Origin: Felis catus
Taxonomy: Eukaryota
DNA length: 64,000 nt
Assembly: GCF_018350175.1 (NCBI RefSeq)
Contig: NC_058368.1
Span: 38,876,001-38,940,000 of the forward strand
Direction of reading: 5' to 3'
The notes under the pieces: model-generated
The model's input: the letters and a program-made list of their open reading frames with translations, nothing else
What the model was told of the DNA's origin: nothing
The model's database searches: none
Shown here: positions 1-14,687 of the stretch, piece by piece
How positions within the stretch are numbered: position 1 is the stretch's first letter
Layout: every line of letters starts with the position of its first letter
Made by a program: the position numbers and the translations under genes

Positions 1-115
1 TGACAGCTCAGAGATGGGAGCCTGCTTCAGCTTCTGTGTCTCCCTCTCTCTCTGCCCCTCCCCTTCTCACATTCTGTCTCTTCCTCAAAAATGAATAAAC
101 ATTTAAAAAATAAAT
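1..115 (+). mobile_element. Can-SINE, 3' part (cut by window start)
   Basis: tgacagctcagag...gagcctgcttcag...tctgtgtctccctctctctctgcccctcccc followed by an aataaacatttaaaaaa tail. Confidence 0.9.
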
Positions 116-999
116 CAACCCAGAATTTTAAATTTCCACTTGCTTGTGCTATCTCTTCTTTCTGTTAATACAGAGTATCTTTAACTCCATTTATAATGAG
201 GGTAGAGAAACATACGTTCTTTTTGCAAAAATTACTACTTCAAACTTACAAAACTAAAAGTCAATCCTACAACAAGATTTTCTTTAAGATGATGATGAAT
301 GTGGAGACATAAGCATTTTAATTTGTTTTACTAGGTTTAAAAATAAAGACATTTCCTTTTTAATATATCCTATTCTTGCCTAATGAACAATACATTTTCA
401 TATATGGATTATGGTTAATATGTATTAGATATATTTGAGACTTAATTAAAAGTATAGAGCCTTTTGAAATTCAGAGATAAAAATATGCTCTTTTAAAACA
501 CAAAGGAATTTAAAGTATTTAATTGAAATATGGTTTCAGGCTTAGTCTGAAATAAAACATATGGTAATTACTAATCTGCAAATCATTAGTTATAGTACTT
601 AACTAATATTGTAAAAATTTCCAAAACTAGACCAAGCTCATTTGTCATTATGTGCTAATATAATTGTCACACTGCATTGGTTCTCCTACAATTAAATGTT
701 CCAGTTGACAGCCACCCATCAGGATGTAGCCATCAATCAAGGAAGTAACTCCAAGACCTCTTAAGGATCTTCCTTTATGTTGAATCAATCTGCATCACAA
801 AAAGTGTCACCTTCTCTTTCTTTCTCTGTGATGTTTTCCTGATCCCTAGAGTAGTAATATATCACATCTGCCTCTGTTTCTCTCTCTGAGTCCCAACAAC
901 ATATGGTTTTGTAAATAGATATCTAAAGATCTGTGTCATAACTGCTATACTGGATATTTTTTAAACACTATGGCTGTACTTTTTGAAATCTACGTATTT

Positions 1000-1190
1000 G
1001 TCAAATGACCAAGAGATTTTTTACTGTTCCCTTCAGCTTGGCTAAACTTCTTCCTCATTCTGGGCCCCTGATCTCTCTCTGTCTCTCCGTCTCTCTCTCT
1101 CTCTCTCTTTTGGTTAGAACCTTTACTTTAGAAAAAAATGTAATTGGAAATTCTTTCTCTGACCTTTGAGATGCAAATCTTCTCCCAGCC
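1000..1190 (+). mobile_element. ERV1 LTR fragment, MER34/MER39-like
   Basis: tttactttagaaaa...tgtaattggaaattctttctctgacctttgagatgcaaatcttctcccagcc resembles the MER34-group LTR core; family from memory. Confidence 0.5.
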
Positions 1191-2156
1191 AATACTGATT
1201 CAATAATTGTAATAAATATATCATACTAAAGTAAACTCTTAACAATAGGAAAAAGACAATAGTAAAAATGACAGTTTTTACTGAACCTCCTTGACTGCAT
1301 TATTTATATGTTTGCTATTTAATTTCTAAATATTTTCAGATTTTCCTGCATATCTTCCTGATTTTGAATTTAAATTCATCTTGAGAGAATATACATTATA
1401 TGATTGTCTCTTCTGAAATTTATTAACAGTTCTTTTATGGATTGTGACATGGCTTCTCTTAATGACTAGCCCTTGTGTCTTTGAGAAGACTGTATTTTGA
1501 TGTTATTGGATATATTTTTTAAACAAATCTCTGGTAGATTATGATATACTGGTCTGAAACCATATTTAGGATGTAAGATAAGATATGGAGAAGAAAGTAA
1601 TGGCATAGAGAATGATATGGCTATGAGTACTATTTTAGAAATGGCTGACACAAAGGACCTTTGCTATAATTATCACTCAGGGATCTGAATTAAGCAACAT
1701 AAAAAAGCCATGTGATTATCCAAATGAATGAATGTAAGAAAGTTACTTGTAACAAATATATTTAAACAGGACACTTAATAAAACAGTTACATTAACAAAT
1801 TTTAGAAAAAAATTCTCAGAAGTATATGAACACAATTTTCATGGATACAATTATCTGAGAAATATATGCTAGACAGGAGTCTTGCAGGACAGAAATATAA
1901 GCAAAGACAGAGGCAAAAGATCACACATTATTTTAGGAAAAATATATAGCAAAATGGTTCTGGACACCCACGTTGGAGGAGGAGTTAAAGAATCAATATT
2001 AAATTAACAGCAGCAGACTAGAAAGACCCAGTATAACTTCTGAAATTTGAAAAACATTGGTGGCTGAGAAAAAAATGCACCCGATATGGTATTGCATATA
2101 GATTAATATCTTATAATCAGAAGAAATATTACACACCATTATTATCTACTTATACA

Positions 2157-2352
2157 TTTTTTTTTAAATTCGTTTTTGAGAAACAGACCACAAGCTGGGG
2201 AGGGGCAGAGAGAGAGGGAGACAGAACTGGAAGCAGGTTCCAGGCTCTGAGCAGTCAGCACAGAGCCCAATGTGGGGCTCAAACTCATGAACTGTGAGAT
2301 CATGACTTGAGCTGAAATCGGACACTTAACCAACTGAGCCACCCAGGCCCCC
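2157..2352 (-). mobile_element. Can-SINE
   Basis: T-rich tail then reverse-complement body ending ...ctgagccacccaggccccc. Confidence 0.95.
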
Positions 2353-2499
2353 TGATATATTTTTTTTTATTTTTTAACTGAGATAGCAAAGACATTGATG
2401 CCTAAGTGACTATCCAGTTTAAGTATAATGAGTGAGATAGTCAAGTATCATTGGACATCCAGAGAGATAACCTTTTTATTATGCCATTATCTAGAATTT

Positions 2500-2660
2500 T
2501 TTTGCATGTGATTTCTTCAATACCCAAAACAACTTTGTGGAGTTCATAGTGTATCCCCACTTTATCGATGGTGAAACTGAGTTGACAGTTGCTCAAAGCC
2601 ACTTAGCTAGTAAGTGGCAGAACTGGGATTTAAACCTCGGCCTGTCTGTAACTGCAATTA
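2500..2660 (-). mobile_element. MIR SINE
   Basis: gaaactgag...agctagtaagtggcagaactgggatttaaacc is the reverse complement of the MIR core. Confidence 0.8.
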
Positions 2661-3259
2661 GCACTACTCTTCTTTGCTGTCTCCTAAATTAACTTCACTT
2701 TATTTTGCTCCTTCCTAAATTAATGCTTAAGTGGTCTGGAAAATTCGCTTCTGATGACCATTCCCTTTTCCCAGTGATGCTGGATGAATGAGGTGCTACT
2801 ATAATAGGTGTTAATTAAAGGTGCACAGAATAAGTGCAAAAGAAATTACAGAAGGAAAAGGTGTGTGCTAAAGTCATCAGGGAAGCTTCTTGGAGTCGCT
2901 GTGAGACTTTAGTTTATTCAGTCAATGCTATGAAAGTGTTCTGACTACTGCACCTGGTAGGACATATGGGATACGAGTAAGTACAGAGGAGGGTAGAGGT
3001 ATTGCAGTTTGGAGAAAATTCACAGAGGCTTGGAGGTGTGGGGGTCTCCTGAAAGAAGGAAAACTAGTGTGGCTGGAGGAAACGATTAGTTTTGGAGGAG
3101 AAGAGGATATTTGTTAAAAAGGTGGATGGGGATGAGTGAGGGTGGTATGGAATATATACATGACTTAATTTTTTTCTGTGATTGCCAAGAACAGTTGTGG
3201 GATTAAGTAATATTTTAGGAAGTTCATTCTGGTAGCAGCGTTCAGGTTTAAAATAGAAT

Positions 3260-3405
3260 AGTGCAACATTGGTAGCACAGTGACTGTGGCAATGCAGGCC
3301 CTGGGCCACCAGAATTCCACCTCTTGTCCTTGCTGGTTTTATGAGCTTGGAATGTTATTTCACTTACTCTTCTTCCGTTTCTCCATGGTGAAATGGAAAT
3401 GGGAC
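3260..3405 (+). mobile_element. MIR SINE (degraded)
   Basis: gagcttggaatgttatttcacttactct...gtttctccatggtgaaatgg resembles the MIR core. Confidence 0.55.
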
Positions 3406-4180
3406 AGCAGTACCTTTTGCCCAATCCCAGAGATTCTGATTCAGTGCATCTAGATTGTGGGACAGGAACACCCCCTTCTCCGAAGCCAGATTTAGTTCCT
3501 CCTCCTCTGTGATCCTAGAGCACTTTGCATTACCTAGAAATTTTAAGGTACAATTTAAAGTATATTTTTCCAATAAAGCTGAACTCCAATGGGATGTTTG
3601 TCATAATGTCTTCTTTATAATCATGGGAATAAACAGATTCAAAAGGGGCATTAACATTATTTTTAAGAATGCTATCTTACAAAAGAAAATCTAGATCAAA
3701 TACTGTTAAAAGTAATTTGTGTGTATCTTTAAAATAAACTGGATTTTCCCAGGAGCCCATTAAAGTAAGAACAGATGGAAGCCAGTAAAAGTTTTAATTA
3801 AGTACAAAATTATTTGATGGAAGTTTACAGAAACCAATTGTATAAAACTGTCCTTGACATTTAATTTCCAATTCTATTCATGATTGACAAGTAACCTAAA
3901 AACCCTCTTGAGATTCCAGCAACTAATTCTCTAAATTAAAGTACATATTTTGATACAAACCAGATGCATCTATCCCTTCTACACACTGTGATCTCTATTG
4001 AAGTGAATTTCACTGGAGGAAATTGAAACAATGGAAAAGTCAAATCTGGAAATAATCTAGGATATATATCTGTTCCATATTTGTTGAGGAATATTTTTTG
4101 AGTTTTATAAGGCATGGAAGTACTGTGGGCTTTGGGGATTAATCTCCATATTTGTTGCTCTTAGGAAGAGTGTGTAGGAT

Positions 4181-4412
4181 GGAGTACCTGAGTGGCTCAG
4201 CCAGTTAAGCGGTTAAGCATCTGAAGCATCTGACTTCCACCCAGGTCATGATCTCATGGTTTGTGAGGTCAATCCCTACATTGGGTTCTCTTCCGCCAGG
4301 GCAGAGCCTGCTTTGGATCCCGTGTCTCCTTCTGTCTCTGCCCACCCCTCTTCCTCATGCTTTCCCTCTTTCTCAAAAACAAATAAATATTTTTAAAAAG
4401 TTTTAATATTAA
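4181..4412 (+). mobile_element. Can-SINE with small internal duplications
   Basis: ggagtacctgagtggctcag head, CT tract, A tail; diverged TSD aagagtgtgtaggatg (4166) / aaaagtatataggatg (4413). Confidence 0.93.
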
Positions 4413-6979
4413 AAAAGTATATAGGATGTACACTAGTTTTTAATCAGTCATAGGAAAGAAACAAACAAATAGCAAATACAGATCATGGGAGGAAAAAGGT
4501 CTTGAGATCTCTTAAATGGTTAGATATCATTTGTTCCACACTATGTGTTTCTCTTTAATTCTAATCTATACAATGCAGAAATAACCTTTATTCTCATTTT
4601 CTCATCCTAACAACACACAAATCTTTCTTACAAATGCCCATGTACTTCACATCTACCGTCTCCATTAATTTCTTATCCAGTTGCTAGTCTTTTTTCACTA
4701 CTGATAACTGTTCCCCTCCCCCACCATGTTCAATTAGTCTGAATAAATAGTCAAATGAACAGTTGTAAATGATTAGAATAGATAAAAAATATTTTGGTTA
4801 CTAATGAGGCAGTAAGTATGATATACAATAATAGCTTCCAGTTATTGAAAGGCTACTCTTTGAAGATAAACTCTTTAATTTTTAAAATGCTTACTTACAT
4901 ATTAATTTCTAAATTCTAAAGAAAATGTTATATTTTTTCCTAACTATTGATACATATGTGTGCTTTTTGTCTACACTATTTAATGAATATTCTCATGCTT
5001 CCTTAAGAAATTTGCTTCCTTAAGAAATGGAAATTCTGCCTTTTTCGAGTAATTCCACTGGAGATGTTTCCGAGTCAACTGCATATTCAGAGACATTTCT
5101 CTAATCTGCTTCTGTTTCAATTGGAAGAAACTCACAAGTTGTAACAAATTATTTGTAATGTATGTACCACAACCAATTACAAGTATATTTCTGTTCCACG
5201 TTATTCTTAATTTGGTAAAAATATGGTGGCTTTGATTATATTGTACTCCATCAAATAGTATCAACACAAAAACTAGTGATTTAATTCAGTTTAAACTTCT
5301 TAATTTATCATAGCTATCACAATGATGTCAGATGTTTCAATGATGTCATTGTTTCTACAGAATGAACTTCTTGACCTTAGTTATTAGATTAAGAAAATTG
5401 AATGGGAAAAGCAAATTATTGTCTGATATCCTCTTTAAATATTTAATGAAGCTGATAAAAATGTGACATCATTCAAGTGAATATGAATTTTCTACTAATG
5501 GAACTGACATATTAGCAGTCATTACTCTATTATTCATACATGTAAAAGAAAGTTTTAAAAAATGAGCCAAATGGGATTAGAATAGTCATTTGATCTGAAA
5601 GAAAAGTCAGGCTTTAAGCACATCTACTGCAGCTGTATGAGTTAAATTGTCAACCTCTGGTCTTAAAAATTGCTACTACTTCAGAGGCCACTGCTGATGT
5701 GGTCAGTAATGTCACCTGGGCCCAGGTTAGAAGGCAAATTTTGAGAAACATATTATGCAATTTATGTATTTACCTTCAAATTCCTTGAAAAAAGAATTCA
5801 GTACTTTTTTTATAAATGTGCATTTTAGCTCATTGTGATTGAAAAGGGTTATTGCATAATACAAAAACAATTACCATTAAATAAAATAAAGGAGTTTAGA
5901 TTCACACTATAGAGTAAATGGCAAAACCATTGCAGCAAGAGTGATTAGATACTCTCTTCAAGTTCCATAGCAGGACTCAGTCTTTCCCACTCTTACTGCA
6001 TGCACATTTCTTGTCTGTAATTCCTCCCCATTTCCCAATTTACCTGACCATTGGCACTCTGAGGCTTCATGTGGCACTAGCAGTATCCCAAGAATGGAAG
6101 AATTGGCAGTCCTTAGATGCTTCTAACCAAATCCGCTTTCAGTTATTTAGTGCCTATCTGCAGTTCACAAAAGCAAAGTCCTACTTAGGCTTTCTCCAGA
6201 TAGGATCAGGAAAAGAAAGTGGAGGCTATTGCTGGTTTCCCCTCAGATAAATCATTTACTTAAGTGAGAAGTCTGTCCATAACATAGACATATGTTACCA
6301 GACAAGATGTTGGAGAAACTGGCAGTACACTAGAACCATCTGCCATATCCTCTCTGGGTTCTTTAAGCAACTAGGCATTATTATTCTTTATTAAAAAAAA
6401 AAAGCCACAACAGACTCTAGGCAAAGCTACCAGACTTATGACAGGAAAATAGTCATAAACTACAATTATGGTACACACCATCAATTATTTAGGTTTGTAT
6501 CATATATTTATACTTGCTGAATCAAACAGCATATAATCAGTCCTCCTTAAGAGGGGTCTATATGATTTAAAACAAAAAGTACTTCAAAAATGGTAAAAGG
6601 ATATTTCCCAAATAATTTAGTGGAATTTTTATCAAAAGCTTTTAGTATTATTAGCAATTTAGCAGCTACTTGGAGTTTTATAGACAAAGGAAATTTGTAC
6701 CTCTAATCAAGAGCACAGTGAAGGCCCAGGTATGTGTAAATGTTATGAGATGTTAACTCCATATTCTTCTAACCAATAATGAAAACATTTGAATTTATTG
6801 TCTGTCCGCTGGTCTCTTTCCTCTAATTATTACCCTTCTTACAACCAAATAGTAGTTATAACTTGAATCAGTATTAGGGCAATATGGATATCTAGTAGTA
6901 TAATCCATATTTGGCCTTCAAGTTTTGGTTGGTGAGTGAATATTAATACCAGAGGACCTCAGAAGACAAATGCATTGCA

Positions 6980-7145
6980 CTCACATCAGTCTTTGTAACA
7001 TTGTATTATAATTTCTTTTTCTGCTTATCCTCTGTCTTCTCAAATAGAATGTACTTTAATTTAGGAAGAGAAAGTGACCATTTTGTCCACTGCTGGTTCT
7101 CCATTACCTAAATAATAGGAGAGTAATATTTATTGAAAGAATGAA
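6980..7145 (+). mobile_element. L2 3' end fragment
   Basis: ...tttgtccactgctggttctccattaccta...aatatttattgaaagaatgaa is a typical L2 terminus. Confidence 0.55.
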
Positions 7146-10074
7146 ATTGGATTTTGCCTTTCTGCCTCATTTGGGTTTTTTTTTCCTAGTTAATGTACCA
7201 TTGTCTATTACATAAGGTGTTTGAACTGGGAAAAACTTAGGAAAACTATGATTGTGTACAAATGACTTAACCTGCAGAAAGTTTTACTGTTTCCTCCTCT
7301 AAACTAAACTCTCTCAAAAACTGACATGGTAGGAAAATACTGATAAATTTCAAAATGTAGAGGCAATTAAGCAACAAAGAAAAGAATGTGGGTGTTGAAA
7401 CAGAGCTAGAGTATGTATGAAGTAAAAATATTTGATTTCAGTGTGAGACAATGAAACCACCCAGAACATAAAATGAATGATACATCTCTGCACCTAAGGA
7501 GAAACCTGATTCCTCAAATCCGCATAGATCAAAATGTTTCATGAAAAATTAACAGAAAACAGCCATACCTAGTGACACCAAAAATTCAGTTTGAAAAATT
7601 TTCTTGCAAGCAGCCAGATAGGATAAATTGGGTACCCACTACACAATTAGACGAACTTTTATATTTCTTTATAAATAAAACTAAATATAAGAAAATACAG
7701 CAAGGTTTGTTCTAACAATAGTAGAATTCTTCCAGTTGCTATAAAGAGTAGGCCCAAATGGAATGGTTTACCTCATTATGAAATAGCCATTCAAAGATTT
7801 CAACCTTGTCACTCAGCCACCAGTTATGGTCTCCTCAACATCTGCCCCCTAGAGAGACAGAAGTTCTTCCTAGCCTTAGCCTGCAAGTGGCATTTGTAGT
7901 TTGTGGTCATATCTCATTACAAGAACTCTGACACTTGGCCTCACCTAAGGGCAACGAAGTCTAGAGAATGTGCACAAAAGATGAATTTGATTACTGACCA
8001 GCACACTGAGCCTCTTCCACCACATCTGCATAGCTTTGACGAGAGAATAGTGGGGCATACTCCTTCTAAACCTAAACCCAGCTTTCTCTTTTCTTTCTTT
8101 CTGTCTTTTTTTTAAAACAAGGGATAACCATAGACTACAATTAGTTTGGAAGTTCACTATCCATGTGTTCTTCCTAAAGAGAAATGTTACTGAGCAAATG
8201 TATTTATAAAAAGAATCAACCCACCAGACTTTATCATCAGAAAGCCATCTGATAAAAATATCTTGTGATGAAGTTGAAATCAATGCACGTACTGAGTAAA
8301 ATATGAATGTGTTGAAAGTCGTCTTGCAAAATGTAACACATGTTGATATGCTTGTCTGAACACATGTGCATAATATAAATAATAAGAAAATTTTAATGTA
8401 ATACTTGGAATCAATAAACCAAGCTTAAATTAAAATGGAAATGAATGACAAGAGAAGACCCAAAATAGGAATAGATATTTATATTTGGAATTGCATATCG
8501 AAAATATTTGTGACTTATGTTTCAGAGATTTTTAAACTATAATACCATTATTTCTAATAGCTTTGTTCTTTTAAATCATATAACCTAATTGCATGGGACC
8601 AGTTAACTTTACTTTGGCTCAGTATCTCTTTTGTACATACCAATATAATTGCAACACTAGTATAACAACATAAACATTATCTAGTCCCCTTATTAATTTC
8701 CATCTTGTGTCAATATCTTGGACAGTAATTTAAGGAAAATATTTCTTACCTCCTGTGTCTCCTTTTTAAAATTTTTCCTTTCACTTTGATATTCTTCCTT
8801 TTTTTGTCCTTCTTTTCTCATTGCTTCATCTGTGGGGTTAAAAACAACAACAACAAAAAGCTTAGTTATTAGTAATTTATAAAAGAAAGTGTATCAGGAA
8901 AAATTTAAATAGGAGAAATAAAATGAACAAATGTTAAGTATTGAAGAAACAGTGCATTATCTGCACCCCTGCCATTCCCAGCATGCATCCTTCCAATCAG
9001 TACCGCATCATAGGTTGGTGAATTTTTTTGCTAATTTTTACTTGTGTATAATTGAAATCACCCAGTAAGTTCTGATCACTTAAATGTTGTCATTAAAACA
9101 AGAACTTTGTGCTAGATATTTCAATTTGGCTTTGTATTCAAGGTTTGTTTTTTTTTAACTCAATTTCAGTAATTATTGTAATTGTTAAGTAAATTTATTC
9201 TTATTTAATTATTGGAGGTTAATAATTTAATCTCATCTCTACTCTCATTCCCATCTTACATAGAAAGCCATTGGAATGACTGATTTTTATATTTTCACCT
9301 GCATATATTATTAGAATATTTTATTTTGCAATTTTAATTTGCTCAGTTAGAATTGTACTATATAACTCATTCAATTAGATTTTCTCTCAACAGCATATAT
9401 TTGCATAGTTGGTTATAGCTTTTAACTGTGACATATAGTATTACATTTTTCTATTTGTGGGAAAATTGTGTATGATTAGGCTTATATATTTCCTCTTGAA
9501 TAAACATTTGTAGGTCCTTTGTACAAAATAATCCAGCAGTAATAGTAATGAGATTTTTTTATTGTGCTAAGACATGAAAATATGGATTCAATTTGTGAAA
9601 TGTCTGTAAAACAACACAGGTTTTCTATTCCTCTCGATTTAGTTTTGGTAAGTTTAGCTTTGTTTTAATTCTGTTGAAATGCATGTATTAATGATTCTAT
9701 ATAATTGTACTTTAAATCTCTGTTGCATGTGTATTTTATGACCTCTGTTTAATTTCTAATATTGTTAGTCATTCAATATATTTCTCCTTAACCAATCTCC
9801 TAATAATTTTGGTTACTTGTATCTTAGTAATCTTTTCAAGAACATTTACTTGAGATTTTATAGTGTCCATAGAATATTTTTCAACTCATTATTTTTTCCT
9901 CTTCTGTTTATTATTTTAAATCTTCCATTCTCATTGGCTTTATTCAGCTCTATCTGCATTCCAAATTTGGTTACAGCATTCCTTCTTTCCAAATATGACA
10001 TACAAGCAGTGGGATAATGGCATTTTACAAAATTATTAAAACTCTAAAAAAAGTTATTAAAACTCTGAATTGTA

Positions 10075-10235
10075 GCTTTTGAATATTACTGTGATGTAAA
10101 TGATTCCACTATGGTTACATTTAAGCTACTCACATTTCACAGTGGCACACATCTCACATGCATCTCACAAAATTCCTGAGCATTTAACTGTCGTCACTCA
10201 CAAGCCAGAATGAGTCATTTCCAGCACTACCTGCA
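10075..10235. mobile_element. MER63-like hAT DNA transposon fragment
   Basis: tgtaaatgattccactatgg...tttaagctac and tctcacaaaattcctgagcatttaac...ccagcactac match remembered MER63 ends. Confidence 0.6.
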
Positions 10236-10479
10236 TTTGGGTTCTGTATTTCTTTGTAAAAATTATGTTGGCAATATGCTACAAAACTAGAAATGTAGTT
10301 ATTTATTTTTATACAGTGCTATTTAAAAATGCTTACTATAATTTTTTGACCTAATAGTTTTGTATACTTTCTGTTTTCAAATATACAGTATGTCTAGTTA
10401 TCTGTTCTTAACTATTTCTATGTATTTGTAATTTAATCAGATAATAAGGCCATTATGATACCTGTTGTGGAGCTGAGAC

Positions 10480-11000
10480 TTGCTTTGGGGCCTAGCATTA
10501 GGTTACATTTAATTTTTTAATGTGCTTGGAAGAATACATATTCTCCACTTTGGGAGTAGAGCATTCTGTATACGCTGTCAAGGTCAATTTTGATCATTGG
10601 TGTTCAGTACTCTAATTAAGGTATTATACGATCTTCTTGATTTACCAGTTACTCAAAGGGAAATATACAAATATGAATTATATGTTTATCTACTATTTAT
10701 TAGCTATGTATTTATCCTCTATCTATATTCATGTAATATTTTTTAATCTAGCTACAGAAGTTTAAAATGAATATAGCTTCCTGGTGAATTGAAACTTTTA
10801 TCACTGCATATTTATTTTTTTCTGTCTCTAATACTTATTTTGGCCTTAATATCTATTTTTGCTGAATTTTATGAAGGGTCTACCACATTTATGTTGATTA
10901 ATTTTTATGTGCTTCTAAGCTTATTTATACCATTATATTTTTTGTCTATAATGTAGATTATATTTTAATGTGTAATATTTACTTTTTAAATGATGTCTCT
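10480..11000 (-). mobile_element. old L1M ORF2 fragment
   Basis: gtgcttggaagaatacatattctccac and tcctggtgaattgaaacttttatca are antisense L1 endonuclease-region motifs. Confidence 0.6.
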
Positions 11001-12099
11001 ATGGTTGTTCTCTGCCACTTTTCATATAATCTGATTTCTGTATTTTATAATTCTATTTTTAAAAGTCCATTCTCAACTTAAATATTTATTAATCTTAGTG
11101 AACTTTTCTATTCATTTGACTTGTTCTTTCTTACCTATATTAACAATTATGCCTCTGTAATAAATCCTCATATAGCCAAGGATGGCGTTAAGTTTTGGAA
11201 TTGTCACTGTGTCCTCATAAGTATTTCATGCTAACTGTTATTTATAACCGCAAAAAAATGTAAACCAGCATTTCATCTATTTTCGGAAGATGAATCTATA
11301 ACCCTTTAAGAAATCCTCAAAATGAAAGAAGGAGGTAGTTTAACTGAGAAAGTGGAATTATTTTTTTATTAATCTTGTAAAAATTTAATATTCTGTATAA
11401 AAATAGTGTCCCATAATGGATTAAATGTTCAAATATTGTGCATTTAAGAATGAGTGTGCTCCAACAGATGAATGTTTGGAATGTTGTAAATATCCTTTTT
11501 TCTGCCAAGGGAGATTTATATCATGATAAATCTGAATGCAGATGGTATTGAGTAGCTCAATTTAGATCCATTGAATGAAGGAAAAAAGAAAAAATGAAAA
11601 TAAATCGTTTAATGTTTTTTGTGTTAGCAAAATGGTATTCATTTGTGTGAAATTTGTTTAGCTGTATTAATAAATGTAAGAAATGATCCATAAGCAAGTC
11701 AATCATATCTGATGCAGAAGACATAAAACACCATTTTCATATTCAGGTTTCCTTTGAAAAATAGATGTTTAATTCATAGTAATTAATTTATAATAAGTGC
11801 ATGCCATTAATAGAATATTTGTTAACCTGAAGAATAAAATTACAATGACTTGCTATTGATTCCCTGAGAAATCAAGATAGATTGTGTAGCTGATCTCTAA
11901 TTTCCCTGACACAAAATGTAAAAGTTAAAAGTGGATTAAAAACCAAGCTGAATTTCTCACAATAAATAATTACAAAAAGAAATCAATTAAAGTGGTGCTT
12001 ATCTAATTTAGAGCTTTCACTTTATTCAACAAATTTCTATTTATGATATGTTATATTTGTAAAAAAAATAGTTTTAATCAGACATATTATATCATTGAA

Positions 12100-12452
12100 T
12101 ACCATTTAGTAGTAAAAATAAACTACTGATACATGGTACAGTATGAATGAAACTTGATAAATTAAGTGAAAGTAGCCAGGCTCAAAAGACCATACAGTCT
12201 CTAAAATACTACTTTATCTGAAATCTCTAGAAAAGACACATACATAGAGACATAATGTAGATTTGTGGTTACCAGATCATAAAGTTAGGTTTGAGGAGTG
12301 ACTGCAAATTGGGTGCACTGGATTTTTGGGAGTGAGGAAATGTTCTAAATCTGGATTTTAGTATATAATTCTAAATTTGCTTTAAAAATCATTGAAATTT
12401 TATGAAGAGTGATTTTATTTTATGTATATTTTGCCTCAATAAAGCTTTTAAA
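12100..12452 (+). mobile_element. L1MB-like 3' end
   Basis: aagtgaaagtagccaggctcaaaagaccata...aaatgttctaaatctggatt...tcaataaagcttttaaaa. Confidence 0.75.
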
Positions 12453-14011
12453 ATGACGGTAATTCACCACATAAAAAGACTAAGAATGAAAAATCAGATA
12501 ATTATCTCAGGAAATTAAAAAAAATATTTTGTTACAATTCCATATACATTGGCCATCCTATAAATTAGTAATGGAAGGGAATTTCTTCAACCTGATGAAC
12601 AGGACTTACAAAAGACTACTACCATATTAAACTCTGAAATACTGTGTATTTTTCCCTGTGACAGGCAAGGAAAAAGTGGGTTCTGTCTTGCTAATCTTTA
12701 ATATCACATTGAATGTCCCGGTCAGTGCAATAAGACTAGAAAAAGAAGAGGTGAAGGTCATCTAAATTGAAAAGGAGGAAGTGAAACTATTTCTATCCAC
12801 AGACAACATGACCATCATCATTGAAAATATCAAAGAATCTACTAAAATGTTAACAGGACTAATAAATGAACTTAGCAAGATCATAGGACTCAGACTAATA
12901 CACAAACATCAGCTGTTTGTTTGTTTTTTTTTATGTACTAGAAATAATCAATTAAAATAATCTTAAACTAACATTTATAATAGTAAGAAAGGTGTTTTTT
13001 AAAGACTAGATATAACCTAAAAAGCTATGTGGTGTTCTATAAGCTGAAACGTTGAAAATACTGATGAGATTCAAATAAAGCCTAGAGAAAGAAGAACTGT
13101 ATCATCTTCATGGATTGGAAGACTCCTCAAATTTAATTCATATATTCAGTTTCATGATCAAAGTACCAGAAATATTTTAATAAACAAGCTTTAAATTTAT
13201 ATGGAAATGCAAAGTACACTAGTCAAAAATAATTTTGAAACAAAAAATTTGAAAGTTTATACTATTTAAGGCCTACGAAGCAACAGTAAATAGTTAATTT
13301 GGACATTTGGATCACTGGAACAGAATGGAGTCTAAAAATAGTCCTAAAGATCTACAATAAATTGATTTTTGTAGGGAGTAAAAACAGTTATTGGAGAGAA
13401 GAATTTTTTTTCAACAAGGGTGCTGGAAACTTGGACATTTATATGTAAAAATCAAGGAAACAATCACCACGTTCGGAGCATGTAAAATTAATTAAAATAT
13501 ATTCTAAACCTGAAATACTCAAAAGCATTAAATTTACCAAAGAAAATTTATAAGAATATCTTTATATCTTAGAGAGTTCTTAGACATCACAGCATAAGCA
13601 TAATCCATACAAATAAAAATATGACTATATCAAAATTGGAAAGAAAAATGGTTGTTTTTTGCTTTTGATAGCCAAAGTTAAAAAACTGAAAACACATGTC
13701 ATAGATTGGAAGAGATTATTTGGAAACTTTACATTTAATAAAGCACTTATATCCAGAATATATAATAAATGCTCAGAACATGGGAATAAGAAGACATTTA
13801 TTTTCCAACCATTTTGAAAAATTAGCAAAATGTTTCATTAGGCCATTCACCAAAGGAAATACATGAATGGCAACAATCACATGAAGCATTGCTTAATATT
13901 ATTAGTCACAAGTGGGATGCAAATTAAAAACATTGTTATTACATCTTTTCATGTGATTGGAGTTAACTGGACTTCTCACACATAATGGTGGGAATGAAAA
14001 TGGTACTTTGG

Positions 14012-14227
14012 GGGGCGCCTGGGTGGCTCTGTCGGTTAAGCGTCCGACTTCGGCTCAGGTCATGATCTCGCGGTCTGTGAGTTTGAGCCCCACGTCGAGC
14101 TCTGTGCTGACAGCTCAGAGTCCAAAGCCTGTTTCAGGTTCTGTGTCTCCCTCTCTCTCTGACCCTCCCCCATTCATGCTCTGTCTTTCTCTGTCTCAAA
14201 AATAAATAAACATTAAAAAAAAAAAAA
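14012..14227 (+). mobile_element. Can-SINE (felid type)
   Basis: ggggcgcctgggtggctc head; TSD gaaaatggtact(t/g)tgg at 13996 and 14228. Confidence 0.97.
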
Positions 14228-14687
14228 GAAAATGGTACTGTGGAAAAGTATTTGATAATTTCTTTTAAAGTTAAATATAAACTTACTGTATTATCTAACA
14301 TTCTATTTCTTGGTATTTACCCAAAAGAAATAAAGCTTTATGTTGCCAAGAAAACTTGCACATACATTTGTGCTGAGATTTTATGAACAATCATAAAAAC
14401 CATAAGCAACCCAAATGTCTTCATCTAGTGCATGAATAAATAAAGAGTAGTGTATCTGTGTATCCATACAATGTAATACTACATAAGAATACAGAGGAAC
14501 CAATTACCAATGTATGTAGAGTATAGACTAATCTTAAATAAATTATTCAAAGTGAAAGGACTCAAACTCCGAAGAGTACACATCATATGACTTTTTATAT
14601 GTCAACCTGGAGTTAGCACAAGTACAGGGACAAAGAAGCTTCATGGTTGTGAAGAGATTTTGATTTAAAAAAAGACTAAGATATTTT

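Noticed and set aside
4996..5028. Tandem tgcttccttaagaaat as paired STAT sites
   Set aside because: Spacing is TTC-N5-GAA, not N3 or N4; a simple 17-bp duplication
14012..14090. tRNA-like A/B boxes in SINE heads as tRNA genes
   Set aside because: Can-SINEs are tRNA-derived; these continue into SINE body and tail rather than forming a tRNA gene
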